Program-made: the position numbers and the translations under genes
Assembly (NCBI GenBank): GCA_964510315.1
Contig: CAZEAP010000011.1
Location: forward strand, 22,985-86,984
From: an uncultured candidatus Brocadiaceae bacterium
GTDB taxonomy: Bacteria; Planctomycetota; Brocadiia; SM23-32
Direction: 5' to 3'
Length of the DNA: 64,000 nt
Notes under the pieces: generated by a model
Databases searched by the model: none
What the model saw: the letters and a program-made list of their open reading frames with translations, nothing else
Told to the model about the DNA's origin: nothing
Shown here: positions 1-10,966 of the stretch, one piece after another
Layout of the letters: every line of letters starts with the position of its first letter
How positions within the stretch are numbered: the stretch's first letter is position 1

Positions 1-44
1 CGAAGACGCCGTGGTGCTGCCGGCGGGACTTTCGGGGGAACGCC

Positions 45-2147
45 ATGAATAGAACGGCCGTCATCCTCCTGATCGTCATCCTGGCCTTCCTTGGACTATT
101 CCTCTTCTATCCCCTCGCCTACTCCTGCCGGGGAGCTTTCTTCGACGGAACGCTGCTGCTCAAAAGCGGCGACGTGCGGGACTGGCCGGCTTTCGCCCGG
201 AAGCTGATCCGGAAGGACGTCGGACCGGCGCCGAAGATACGGGCTCCCCTCTCCCGGGAGACCCGCGACCTGCTCCGCGAGGTAGCGAAGGGCCGGGACC
301 CGACCGAGGTGGAGAGGGCTCGTCTGATGGAGGCCCTCAACGCCGTCCTCAAGGAGAAGCTCCTCTATGACCCGGCGGCTTTTGCCGGTGTGCGGATTCC
401 GACGGACGTAAAGGCAGAGCTGCAACAGGAGCGGGAAGAACGCACCCCGGGCGAGGTGATCCGGATAAATCGCCGCTTGCTGGAGGCGGCCTTCCCCCGC
501 ACCATCGAGAGACTGCTTTTCGACAGCGGGCACTTCACCCTGCGGTTCTTCAAGTATTTCTACACCGACACCCTCACGCGGCAGTCCATCCTGAACAGCC
601 TGGCCCTCGGCGCCATCGTGACGGTGCTGACCGGAGCGATCGCGCTGCCCCTTTCCCTGCTGATGGTTCGATACAGCTTCCCGGCGAAGGGGCTGCTGAC
701 CGGCCTGCTCCTGCTGCCCATGATCATGCCGCCCTTCGTGGGGGCGATCGGGATGCGCCAGGTGCTGGCCCGTTTCGGCTCGCTGAATCTCCTGCTGATC
801 CGCTGGGGACTCGTTCAAAGCCCCATTGACTGGCTGGGCGGGGCACGTTTCTGGGGAGTGGTCATCATGGAGGTGCTGCACCTCTACCCGATCATGTATC
901 TGAACTTCGCAGCCGCCCTGGCCAACGTCGATCCGGCCCTGGAGGAAGCCGCCGTCAACCTCGGCTCCAGCGGAGGGCGCCTGTTCCGGCGCATCACGCT
1001 TCCGCTGATGATGCCCGGGCTGTTCGCCGGCTCGGTGATTGTTTTCATATGGGCCTTCACCGACCTGGGCACGCCGCTGGTGTTTGGCTACACGCGGGTG
1101 GTGCCGGTGCAGATTTTCAACCAGGTCATCGACCTCTCCAACAACCCCCAGGGTTATGCCCTGGTGGTCGGGGTGCTGGCGCTGACGCTCCTGATCTTCC
1201 TCGGCGCGAAGCGGCTGTTTGGGCTGCGCGCCTACCAGTCGCTCACCCGGGGTCCGACGCAGGGCCAGGAGAAGAAAGCCGGGCGGTTGGGTTCGGTCCT
1301 CATCGTGGGCTTTGTGCTGGGCGTGGTGGCGCTGGCCTGCGTGCCGCACGCCGCCGTAGTGCTGACCGCGCTGAAGGACAAGTGGTTCATGACCGTCCTG
1401 CCGGGAAGCTACACGCTGGGGCACTTCGAGGCCGCCCTCGGGCACCAGCTCACCCTCTCCAGCATCCGCAACAGCATCTTCTACAGCGGTCTGAGCACAC
1501 TGCTGGACCTGGGGCTGGGGGTAATCATCGCCTACCTGCTGGTGCGGCACGCCTTCCGGGGCTCGCAGGTCCTGGACGCCCTGGTGATGCTGCCGTTGGC
1601 CATACCGGGCCTGGTGCTGGCCTTCGGCTACGTGGCCGCCTTCTCCAGCGTGCCCCCGGAGACGGTGGGAAATCCGCTCCTGCGCTGGCTGGTGATCTGC
1701 CGGAATGCGCTGGATCCCCGGGACAACCCCATGGCCCTGCTCGTGGTGGCCTACGCCGTGCGGCGGCTGCCCTACATGGTGCGGGCGGCCTACGCGGGCT
1801 TCCAGCAGGTGAGCGTCCGGCTCGAGGAGGCCGCCGTCAACCTGGGCTCGCCGCCCCTGAAGGCGATGCTCCGGGTGACCGCTCCCCTGCTGAGCGCCAA
1901 CCTGGTGGCCGGCGGGATACTGGTCTTCTCCTTCGCCATGTTGGAGGTGAGCGACAGCCTGATACTGGCCATGCAGGAGCAGTTCTACCCCATCACGAAG
2001 GCCATCTACACGTTGATCCAGCGCATCGAGGACGGCCCCTACATCGCAAGCGCGCTCGGCGTGTGGGCCATGGTGTTCCTGGGCGTGTCCCTGGTGGCGG
2101 CGGGCCTGCTGCTGGGCAGGAACATGGGACGCCTGTTCCGGGCGTAG
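45..2147 (+). CDS. ABC transporter permease with two fused transmembrane domains (iron(III)/thiamine FbpB/ThiP-like); a ~140-aa insertion follows TM1
   Basis: 700-aa ORF. Both halves carry the binding-protein-dependent permease signature loop (AALANVDPALEEAAVNLGSS in the first half; QQVSVRLEEAAVNLGSP in the second) and multiple hydrophobic helices. ATG at 45. No partner solute-binding protein or ATPase lies inside the window. Confidence 0.8.
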   Translation: MNRTAVILLIVILAFLGLFLFYPLAYSCRGAFFDGTLLLKSGDVRDWPAFARKLIRKDVGPAPKIRAPLSRETRDLLREVAKGRDPTEVERARLMEALNAVLKEKLLYDPAAFAGVRIPTDVKAELQQEREERTPGEVIRINRRLLEAAFPRTIERLLFDSGHFTLRFFKYFYTDTLTRQSILNSLALGAIVTVLTGAIALPLSLLMVRYSFPAKGLLTGLLLLPMIMPPFVGAIGMRQVLARFGSLNLLLIRWGLVQSPIDWLGGARFWGVVIMEVLHLYPIMYLNFAAALANVDPALEEAAVNLGSSGGRLFRRITLPLMMPGLFAGSVIVFIWAFTDLGTPLVFGYTRVVPVQIFNQVIDLSNNPQGYALVVGVLALTLLIFLGAKRLFGLRAYQSLTRGPTQGQEKKAGRLGSVLIVGFVLGVVALACVPHAAVVLTALKDKWFMTVLPGSYTLGHFEAALGHQLTLSSIRNSIFYSGLSTLLDLGLGVIIAYLLVRHAFRGSQVLDALVMLPLAIPGLVLAFGYVAAFSSVPPETVGNPLLRWLVICRNALDPRDNPMALLVVAYAVRRLPYMVRAAYAGFQQVSVRLEEAAVNLGSPPLKAMLRVTAPLLSANLVAGGILVFSFAMLEVSDSLILAMQEQFYPITKAIYTLIQRIEDGPYIASALGVWAMVFLGVSLVAAGLLLGRNMGRLFRA

Positions 2148-2545
2148 GCGCCGGAGTTCCCAAACCGCCGGTCTGCTGCAAATGCGCCGCTCGCGGGCAG
2201 GGCTGTCACGCTAAACGCATACGGGGGCGTCAGACCGAGAAGACAAGCACACGACCGTATTGCGTGCCGGGAACCGAAAGCTACTTCTGAGTCATCCCCA
2301 GTTTGTCCCGACCAAACTGGCTGCGTGCCCGGGCCCGGCTGAGAAACAGGGCGTCCCTGGAAGCTTATGCGCCGTCGGGGGGGCGTCGGCGTCCCAGCTC
2401 CATCCAGAGCCCACCGGCGACGGGGTTAAGCAGTTTGAGGTAAATGCGTTCCAGTTGCCAAACGCTACCTCGCGGGGATGCTTCCCCTCATCGGGTAGGT
2501 CCGGCGTCCCCGCCGTTGCGCCGCGGAGCGGCGCGGTCATGAAGG

Positions 2546-2812
2546 CCAGGGCTTCAGCCCTGGTGCTTCACGGCAAAAACCCAATTGCGCCCCGGAGGGG
2601 CGCGGTGAGGCATGCGATGCGCAAAAGCCTGACCAACCTGCTGTATCACATCATGTTCGCAACAGGAGAGCAACGACGCGCTCTCACGCCGCGGCATCGC
2701 ATTCGTTGAGCGCGACCTGCGGCGCTGACCCGACCGCGCCCCTCCGGGGCGCACAATTAGCTTACATGCGCCGGCAACCGGGGCTAAAGCCCCGGCCTCC
2801 ATCACATGGCCC
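2546..2812. repeat. Cluster of GC-rich REP-like hairpins: hairpin ccagggcttcagccctgg at 2546-2563; perfect 20-nt inverted repeat gcgccccggaggggcgcggt (2587-2606) / accgcgcccctccggggcgc (2733-2752); ~37-nt core aaccggggctaaagccccggcctccatcacatggccc at 2776-2812
   Basis: Read directly from the sequence. The 2776-2812 core recurs in inverted orientation at 58569-58605 with one mismatch in the loop. The region has no credible long ORF. Confidence 0.7.
2617..2709 (+). pseudogene. Possible decayed remnant of a Y1 (IS200/RAYT-like) transposase N-terminus lying between the inverted hairpins
   Basis: The translation ...MRKSLTNLLYHIMFATGEQRRAL... loosely resembles the conserved (G)ALYHV(M/T)xRGNxRQxIF start of PF01797-type transposases. 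It is only ~30 aa long and is flanked by the REP-like palindromes. Weak call. Confidence 0.2.
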
Positions 2813-3119
2813 CTGCGGGGCCGGCGCATTCCCGGAACCGTTGCCCGCAAACCGTGCCAGCAGACGGGCCAGGTGCGTTGAACCGAACGAAGAGATTCTT
2901 CGCTCGCTGAAAGGTGCGCTCGCTCAGAAAGATATCCTGGGCGGCAGCCCCGGGACTCAGGGAGCGCAAGAAAGAAACGCCGCCGTGAAGGGGCGGCATG
3001 GACGCTGACGGCATACGGCCATCCCGGTCCGGCTCTGAGGGGGTCTTTTTGCGACCGGCCGGAGAAATGCTCCCCAAAACCGGGGATGACTCAAAAGCTA
3101 CTTGTCTTGACGCGCATAG

Positions 3120-3863
3120 TCACTTGACCGACACCTCCAGCCCCTCCGGGTCGATCACGGCGTTCAGGCTCGCCCGCAATGCCCCCGAATCGCGGACGAA
3201 CGCCAGGTAGTCTTCGAGTTTCTCGGCGGAGTTCACGCTGTTGTGCGCGAGCACGATTCCGTCCGGAGGGATCCGCTCCCAGGCGGCCTCCAGGATATCC
3301 AGGTAGATCGCCTTCCCCCGGCCGCCCGCGCCGTCCGCATCCAGGTAAAGCAGGTCTATCGGCTCCCCGAATTCCGCCACGAAGGAGACGGCGTCGTCGG
3401 CCACGATGCGGGCGACGCCGGTTGGATCGATGCGGCGGACGTTGCGCTCCGCCCGGTCGGCCTCCTCCTCACGGATTTCCACTCCCACCAGGTTCTCAGC
3501 GGTGTAGCATGCTCCGGGCCCGACGGCCGCACCGGCGTTGCAGATGAAGGTGAACCCGCAGAATATCCCGGCAGCGATCATGTTCGCCGGCCGGCTCACC
3601 GCGTTGACGGCGTAGATCAGGCGTTCCATCCTCGGAGTTATGGCCGTCCACGGCACCTCGAAAAGTTCCCGGACGGCCCGGCGGTGGGCCGTCAACTTCT
3701 CCTGGTCGTAATCGGCGTGCGGGAGGATTTCCGCGTCCACCAGCTCGCGCAGCACCTCATCCACGACCTCCGCTTCCCTCGCCGGGGGCTCCAGCTCCCG
3801 GTACGGCTCGCGGTAGTCCATCCGGTAGCTATCCCAGTCTTCGGCACGGTAACTTTCGCTCAT
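3120..3863 (-). CDS. Class I SAM-dependent O-methyltransferase (OMT family 3-like)
   Basis: 247 aa with a motif I-like VGVEIREEE and a DLLYLDADGAGGRGKAIYLDILEAAWERIPPDGIVLAHNS block, matching the DxxFIDADK...Y...L.pGG...DN pattern of small-molecule OMTs. Confidence 0.65.
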   Translation of the reverse strand: MSESYRAEDWDSYRMDYREPYRELEPPAREAEVVDEVLRELVDAEILPHADYDQEKLTAHRRAVRELFEVPWTAITPRMERLIYAVNAVSRPANMIAAGIFCGFTFICNAGAAVGPGACYTAENLVGVEIREEEADRAERNVRRIDPTGVARIVADDAVSFVAEFGEPIDLLYLDADGAGGRGKAIYLDILEAAWERIPPDGIVLAHNSVNSAEKLEDYLAFVRDSGALRASLNAVIDPEGLEVSVK

Positions 3864-4135
3864 GTACTTGCTCCCGTGGTAAACGTTGAGGCCGGCGGAG
3901 GCACAACTCTACAGGTTCTGCCGCGGGCCGCAACCGAAGCGGGAGTATTGGGCCGCTCCGACGGGCGGCAGAGCCGGCGGCCGGCGCGAAAACGGCCGGA
4001 CACTTGCACTTCGAGGGCCGCCTTAACTACAATCCATTGCTTTGTTGCCCGCCGGTTTCGGGCGCCATTCCGGCCGTACGGCGCGCTTCTGCTTCCGGCG
4101 GCTTACCGCTGTGAATCCTTGAGGAAACCGCCACG

Positions 4136-5005
4136 GTGGCCTACCAGATAGTCGTTTGCGTCAAGCAGGTGCCCGACACCGAGAACCTGTCGGGCGAAGC
4201 GATGAAGGAGGACGGGACCGTCAACCGCGCCGCCCTCCCCGCCATCGTGAACCCGGAAGACCTCAACGCCCTGGAGCTGGCGCTGCAGGTAAAGGAGGAG
4301 TACGGGGCGCACGTGACCGCACTCAGCATGGGGCCGCCCCAGGCGTCGGACGCCCTGCGCGAATGCCTCTACCGGGGAGCCGACCGGGCCGTGCTGGTGA
4401 CCGATCGCCGCTTCGCAGCAGCCGACACCCTCGCCACCTCCTACGCACTCAAATGTGCGGTACAGACCATCGGGGAGCCCGACCTGGTGCTCTGCGGGAG
4501 GCAGGCCATCGACGGGGATACCGCCCAGACCGGCCCCCAGCTCGCCGAGAAGCTCGGATTGCTCCAGTTCACTTACGTGGAGGAGCTGCGCGACATCAGC
4601 CTGGAGAGCGTGGAGGTGAAACGGGCCTTCCAGGACGGCCACGAGATAGTCCGCGGGCCGATGCCCGCACTCCTGACGGTCACCGACGAAGCCAACGAGC
4701 CGCGTCCGCCGTCGGCGAAGCGACTGATGAAATACAAGAAGGCCCGCGCGCCCATCGAGTTCGAGGAAGACCCCGAGCCGGCGGAACTGGAGTCCCTGAG
4801 GGAACGCAACCTGCTGATCGAACAGTGGGACGTGGAGGATATCGGGGCGGACGAGGCCGCCTGCGGCACCAGCGGGTCGGCCACACGGGTCAAAAAGATC
4901 GACTCGGTCCGCCTCCAGTCCACCCAACACAAACGGATCGAACCCACGGCCGAAGGCCTCAGCGCCCTCGTCGACGAGTTGCGCGAAGAGCACATACTGG
5001 AATGA
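4136..5005 (+). CDS. etfB: Electron transfer flavoprotein beta subunit
   Basis: The N-terminus (M)AYQIVVCVKQVPD is the canonical EtfB start. GTG start at 4136 is preceded by gagga. It is followed directly by etfA. Confidence 0.9.
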   Translation: MAYQIVVCVKQVPDTENLSGEAMKEDGTVNRAALPAIVNPEDLNALELALQVKEEYGAHVTALSMGPPQASDALRECLYRGADRAVLVTDRRFAAADTLATSYALKCAVQTIGEPDLVLCGRQAIDGDTAQTGPQLAEKLGLLQFTYVEELRDISLESVEVKRAFQDGHEIVRGPMPALLTVTDEANEPRPPSAKRLMKYKKARAPIEFEEDPEPAELESLRERNLLIEQWDVEDIGADEAACGTSGSATRVKKIDSVRLQSTQHKRIEPTAEGLSALVDELREEHILE

Positions 5006-5044
5006 CCACGAACCTGCCAGCGAAGTTCAGGGAGTAGCGGATAG

Positions 5045-6070
5045 ATGAGCGATGAGCCGACCGACGTCTGCGTCTACGCCGAGACGGTCGAGGGAGCCGT
5101 CGCCGAGGTCAGCCTGGAGCTGACCCACAAGGCACGTGAACTGGCCGCCGAGCTGGGCGGCGAGGTCGGCGCGTTTCTTCTCGGCGACTCCGTCTCCCAT
5201 CTGGCGGAAGACCTCTTCGCGCACGGCGCCGACGAGGTGGTGGTCGCGGAACACCCCGAACTCGGCAACTATCGCACGCTCCCTTACGCGGACATGCTCT
5301 CGAAGATGATACGCGCCAACGAGCCGGCCGTGGTGCTTTTCGGGGCCACTACGACCGGCCGCGACCTGGCCCCTCGCGTCGCCTCCATCCTGAAGGTCGG
5401 CCTCACGGCCGACTGCACCGACCTGAAGATCGGACCCCACAAGGACCTGGTGAAGGGCAAGGAGTATCCCCGGCTTCTCTACCAGATACGGCCCGCCTTC
5501 GGGGGCAACATCATCGCCACCATCGTCAACCCGGAGACCAGGCCCCAGATGGCCACCGTCCGGGAGGGCGTGATGAAGATGGGCGCCCCCGATCCGGATC
5601 GGGAAGGCCGCCTGACCCGGTTCGACGGCTCTCCCGATGAAGCCCTGCTCGCCGTCGAGGTGCTGGAGGAATTCCGGGCGGAGCGGACCGTGGACCTGAA
5701 GAAAGCCAACGTCATCGTCAGCGGCGGGGCCGGGGTGGGCAGCGAGGAGAACTTCGAGCTGATCCGACGGCTGGCCGATACGCTGGGCGGTCAGGTAGGC
5801 GCCTCCCGGGCCGCCGTGGACGCCGGCTTCATCGGCAAAGAGCACCAGGTCGGCCAGACCGGCACCACCGTCCGGCCGAAGCTCTACGTGGCCTGCGGAA
5901 TCAGCGGAGCGGTCCAGCACCGGGCCGGCATGCAGGAATCCAGCGAAATCGTGGCCATCAACACCGACCCCGACGCGCCCATATTCGACGTTGCCCACTA
6001 CGGCATCGTGGGGGACCTGAACGAAGTCATCCCAATTCTAATCGACGCCTACAAGGAACACGCCAGGTGA
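5045..6070 (+). CDS. etfA: Electron transfer flavoprotein alpha subunit
   Basis: 341 aa. The C-terminal FAD-binding region reads VIVSGGAGVGSEENFELIRRLADTLGGQVGASRAAVDAGF...QVGQTGTTVRPKLYVACGISGAVQH, typical of EtfA. Confidence 0.9.
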   Translation: MSDEPTDVCVYAETVEGAVAEVSLELTHKARELAAELGGEVGAFLLGDSVSHLAEDLFAHGADEVVVAEHPELGNYRTLPYADMLSKMIRANEPAVVLFGATTTGRDLAPRVASILKVGLTADCTDLKIGPHKDLVKGKEYPRLLYQIRPAFGGNIIATIVNPETRPQMATVREGVMKMGAPDPDREGRLTRFDGSPDEALLAVEVLEEFRAERTVDLKKANVIVSGGAGVGSEENFELIRRLADTLGGQVGASRAAVDAGFIGKEHQVGQTGTTVRPKLYVACGISGAVQHRAGMQESSEIVAINTDPDAPIFDVAHYGIVGDLNEVIPILIDAYKEHAR

Positions 6071-6086
6071 GAAAGCGGAACTGAAC

Positions 6087-7820
6087 ATGCCCAATTTCTT
6101 CACCGACAACGAAGACATCGTTGATTTTCTCGACCACACCGACCTCCGCCGGTTGGTGAGGCTCCAGGAGCGGAACTACGCCGAAGCGGACAGCTTCGGG
6201 TACGCCCCGGCCGATTACGCGGACGCCCTCGACAACTACCGGCGGGTCCTGGAGATGGTCGGGGAGCTGTCCGCCGAGTTCATCGCCCCCCGCGCCGAAG
6301 AGGTGGACGAGGAAGGCCCTCACCTGAGCGACGGGGAGGTCACTTACGCCCGGGGCACGCGTGAAGCGCTGGAGCAGCTCCGCAAAGCCGACCTGATGGG
6401 CTTTACCCTCCCCCGCCGTTACGGGGGCCTCAACATGCCGGTGCTCATCTACACCATCGCCATCGAACTGGTCAGCCGGGCCGACGCCAGCCTCATGAAC
6501 CTGTTCGGCCTCCAGGACATCGCCGAGACCATCAACAACTTCAGCGAGGAGGAGGTGAAGGAGGCCTACCTCCCCCGCTTCAGCAGCGGCGAGGTGACCG
6601 GCGCGATGGCCCTGACCGAGCCGGACGCGGGCAGCGACCTGACCAACGTGCAGGTGCGGGCCACGAAGGACTCCGACGACGGCCCATGGCGCCTCAACGG
6701 AGTCAAGCGGTTCATCACCAACGGCTGCGCCGAGGTGCTGCTGGTGCTGGCCCGCAGCGAACCCGAAACCAAGGGCGCCCGTGGGCTCTCCCTGTTTCTC
6801 TGCGAGTCGGGCACGGAAGTAAGGGTGCGGCGGATCGAGGAGAAGCTGGGCATCCACGGTTCCCCCACCTGCGAGCTGCAGTTCGTGAGCGCCCCCGCCC
6901 TGCTGATCGGCCGTCGCAAGCGCGGCCTCAGCACCTACGTGATGTCGCTGATGAACGGCGCCCGACTGGCCATCGCCGCCCAGGGCGTGGGCATCGCGCA
7001 GGCCGCCCTCAGTGAGGCACTCGACTACGCGGCGGAGCGGGAGCAATTCGGCCGGCCCATCCGGCAGTTCCCGGCGGTGCGCCGCATGCTGGGCGAGATG
7101 CACATGAAGGTGGAAACCTCCCGACTGCTCACCTACCAGACCGCCGTCGCCGTCGACATGGCCGACAACATCGACCACCTCCGCTCCAGCGGGGAACTGG
7201 AAGAACTGCCCGGAGGGGAGGAGCTGGCCGGGCAGCGGCGCTACTGGACTCAACTGGCCCGCTCCCTGACCCCCATCGCGAAGTATTACGCCACCGAAAT
7301 GTGCAATGAAGTCACCTACGACGCCCTCCAGGTGCTCGCCGGCAGCGGGTACATGCGGGACTACGAGGTGGAGCGGCTCTACCGCGACGCTCGCATCACC
7401 ACCATCTACGAGGGAACTACCCAGATCCAGCACAACGCCGCCATCGGCTACGTCATGAGGGGCACCCTGGAGGAAAGGTGTGCCGAGCTGCACGAGCAAC
7501 TGGCCGAGGCCGGTGGCGACCCCGGCATGCTGGAGGCGCTGGCGGACGCACGCCGCCGGCTGGCCGAAGCAATAGAATACACCCGGGAGCAGGAAGACGA
7601 TTTCAGGGACCTCCACGCCGGCGGCCTCGTCGAGGCGGCAACCACCATCTACAACGGATACCTCCTGCTGGAGCCCGCCGGGCGCTCGGAGCACAAAAAG
7701 GCGCTGGCTGAAGGCTACTTCGACGAATACCTCCCCAGGGTCAAGCTAAGATGCGACCAGATACTCAGCGGAAACCGCACCTACCTGGACCGCACGTCCG
7801 AACTGCTGGACTATGAATGA
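6087..7820 (+). CDS. Acyl-CoA dehydrogenase, long form with a C-terminal extension, partner of EtfAB
   Basis: 577 aa with ACAD motifs (GAMALTEPDAGSD; YDALQVLAGSGYMRDYEVERLYRDARITTIYEGTTQIQ). It lies immediately downstream of etfBA. Confidence 0.85.
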   Translation: MPNFFTDNEDIVDFLDHTDLRRLVRLQERNYAEADSFGYAPADYADALDNYRRVLEMVGELSAEFIAPRAEEVDEEGPHLSDGEVTYARGTREALEQLRKADLMGFTLPRRYGGLNMPVLIYTIAIELVSRADASLMNLFGLQDIAETINNFSEEEVKEAYLPRFSSGEVTGAMALTEPDAGSDLTNVQVRATKDSDDGPWRLNGVKRFITNGCAEVLLVLARSEPETKGARGLSLFLCESGTEVRVRRIEEKLGIHGSPTCELQFVSAPALLIGRRKRGLSTYVMSLMNGARLAIAAQGVGIAQAALSEALDYAAEREQFGRPIRQFPAVRRMLGEMHMKVETSRLLTYQTAVAVDMADNIDHLRSSGELEELPGGEELAGQRRYWTQLARSLTPIAKYYATEMCNEVTYDALQVLAGSGYMRDYEVERLYRDARITTIYEGTTQIQHNAAIGYVMRGTLEERCAELHEQLAEAGGDPGMLEALADARRRLAEAIEYTREQEDDFRDLHAGGLVEAATTIYNGYLLLEPAGRSEHKKALAEGYFDEYLPRVKLRCDQILSGNRTYLDRTSELLDYE

Positions 7821-8751
7821 CTCGCCCTCGTCGGAGGACCCCCACGGCCTCCCCTGCCCTCGCACTGCCGGCCATCCACCGCGCGCGGGACTTCACGTCT
7901 CCGTCGCCGGGGGCCTCCCCGCCTCCGTGGAGAGGGCGGTGGAAAGGGGTTGCACGGCCTTCCAGATATTCTGCGGCAACCCCCGTGCCTGGCATTTCCC
8001 GCCTCGGGAGCCGGAAGAGGCGGCCGAGTTCAGAGAGCGGCGCTGCGAAGCCGATCTCCGCCCCCTTTTCGTCCACTCCTGCTACCTGATAAACCCCTGC
8101 TCGCTCGACGAGAAGGTGAGCGAGCGCAGCGTGGACCGCCTGGCCCGGGAGCTGGACCTCTCGAGCGAGCTGGGCGCGGACTATTACGTGCTTCACCCCG
8201 GCAGCCACAAGGGAAAACCCCGGGCGTGGGGGGTGCGGAGGGCTTCCGAAACCATCGCCGAGGCCCTCGGCCGCGCCGCGGACCCGCCGCCGATCCTGCT
8301 GGAGAACACCGCCTCCCGCCACGGCCCGGGCGGCGACATGGGGGCCCTGGGCGACCTCGTCGGCAATCTGGCGGCCTCTTCCACCAACGGCGTCGGCATC
8401 GCCCTGGACTCCTGCCACGCCTTCGGCGCCGGCTACGACCTGCGCCGGGAGGCAGGCGTCAAGGAACTGGTGTGGGACATCGCAGATTGCGTCGGCCTGG
8501 AGCGGGTGTGCCTTCTGCACGTCAACGACTCCCGCGATCCGCCGGGCGGCCGCCGGGACCGCCACGAGCACATCGGCCGGGGCACCATCGGCGAGGAGGG
8601 GTTGGGCCGGCTGCTGAACCATCCCGCCGTGTCGGGACTGCCGCTGATCCTGGAGACGCCCTGGGAATCGGTCGAAGCCGACCGGCGCAATCTCCAAAGG
8701 GCGCTGAGCCTGCTGGAGGGGGACGGTTCGAGCACTACGGGTGCGCGGTGA
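7813..8751 (+). CDS. nfo: Endonuclease IV (AP endonuclease family 2)
   Basis: HVSVAGGL...TAFQIF..NPRAW...LFVHSCYLINP...YYVLHPGSH...LLENTA...LDSCHAFGAGYD...LLHVNDS...HEHIG.G.IG match Nfo metal-binding blocks. The ATG at 7813 overlaps the upstream stop (ATGAATGA). Confidence 0.85.
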   Translation: MNDSPSSEDPHGLPCPRTAGHPPRAGLHVSVAGGLPASVERAVERGCTAFQIFCGNPRAWHFPPREPEEAAEFRERRCEADLRPLFVHSCYLINPCSLDEKVSERSVDRLARELDLSSELGADYYVLHPGSHKGKPRAWGVRRASETIAEALGRAADPPPILLENTASRHGPGGDMGALGDLVGNLAASSTNGVGIALDSCHAFGAGYDLRREAGVKELVWDIADCVGLERVCLLHVNDSRDPPGGRRDRHEHIGRGTIGEEGLGRLLNHPAVSGLPLILETPWESVEADRRNLQRALSLLEGDGSSTTGAR

Positions 8752-9012
8752 CGGCCTTTGCGCAATTGGCAGACTCAGGCTTGCCTCCCGTCCCCGTCTG
8801 CCAATATGGCAGAAAGATTCGGCGCTATGGCGGACCGGCGATGAGAAACGCTCCAGCGCGCGACGACGAGGCTTGCTAACGCCTTGCTCAGGAGGATTTT
8901 ATGTGGAGCACGGCGTCGTTGGTATCGCATTTGCCTGTACGTTAGTGATTTCTGCCTAAACAACGAGTATATACTTTTCAGAAAGAGCGAGACGAAAGGG
9001 AGGCCGAGGAGA

Positions 9013-10920
<1,908 letters not shown>

Positions 10921-10966
10921 CTCATCTTTCTCTGCCGGCCCACCCCTCGGGGAGGCATTGTGCCGA

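Noticed and set aside
96-1550. Long antisense or alternative-frame ORFs overlapping real genes (e.g. 96..1550 -, 6027..7694 -, 8956..11025 -, 10922..12721 -, 17501..19018 +, 22034..23701 +, 27117..29006 -, 49910..52666 +, 53187..54722 -)
   Set aside because: They have Arg/Gly/Pro-rich low-complexity translations typical of GC-rich frame noise. Each overlaps a well-supported gene on the other strand or frame. None has domain-like motifs.
2260-2709. The 149-aa ORF 2260..2709 as an intact gene
   Set aside because: Low-complexity translation. Only the last ~30 aa carry a faint transposase-like motif, and the region is packed with REP-like hairpins. Treated as non-coding or a remnant.
8752-9012. 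CIRCE/HrcA operator or sigma32 promoter upstream of dnaK
   Set aside because: No TTAGCACTC-N9-GAGTGCTAA and no convincing CTTGAAA-N13-15-CCCCAT match by eye. Only an unrelated 9-bp inverted repeat and an AT-rich tract are present.
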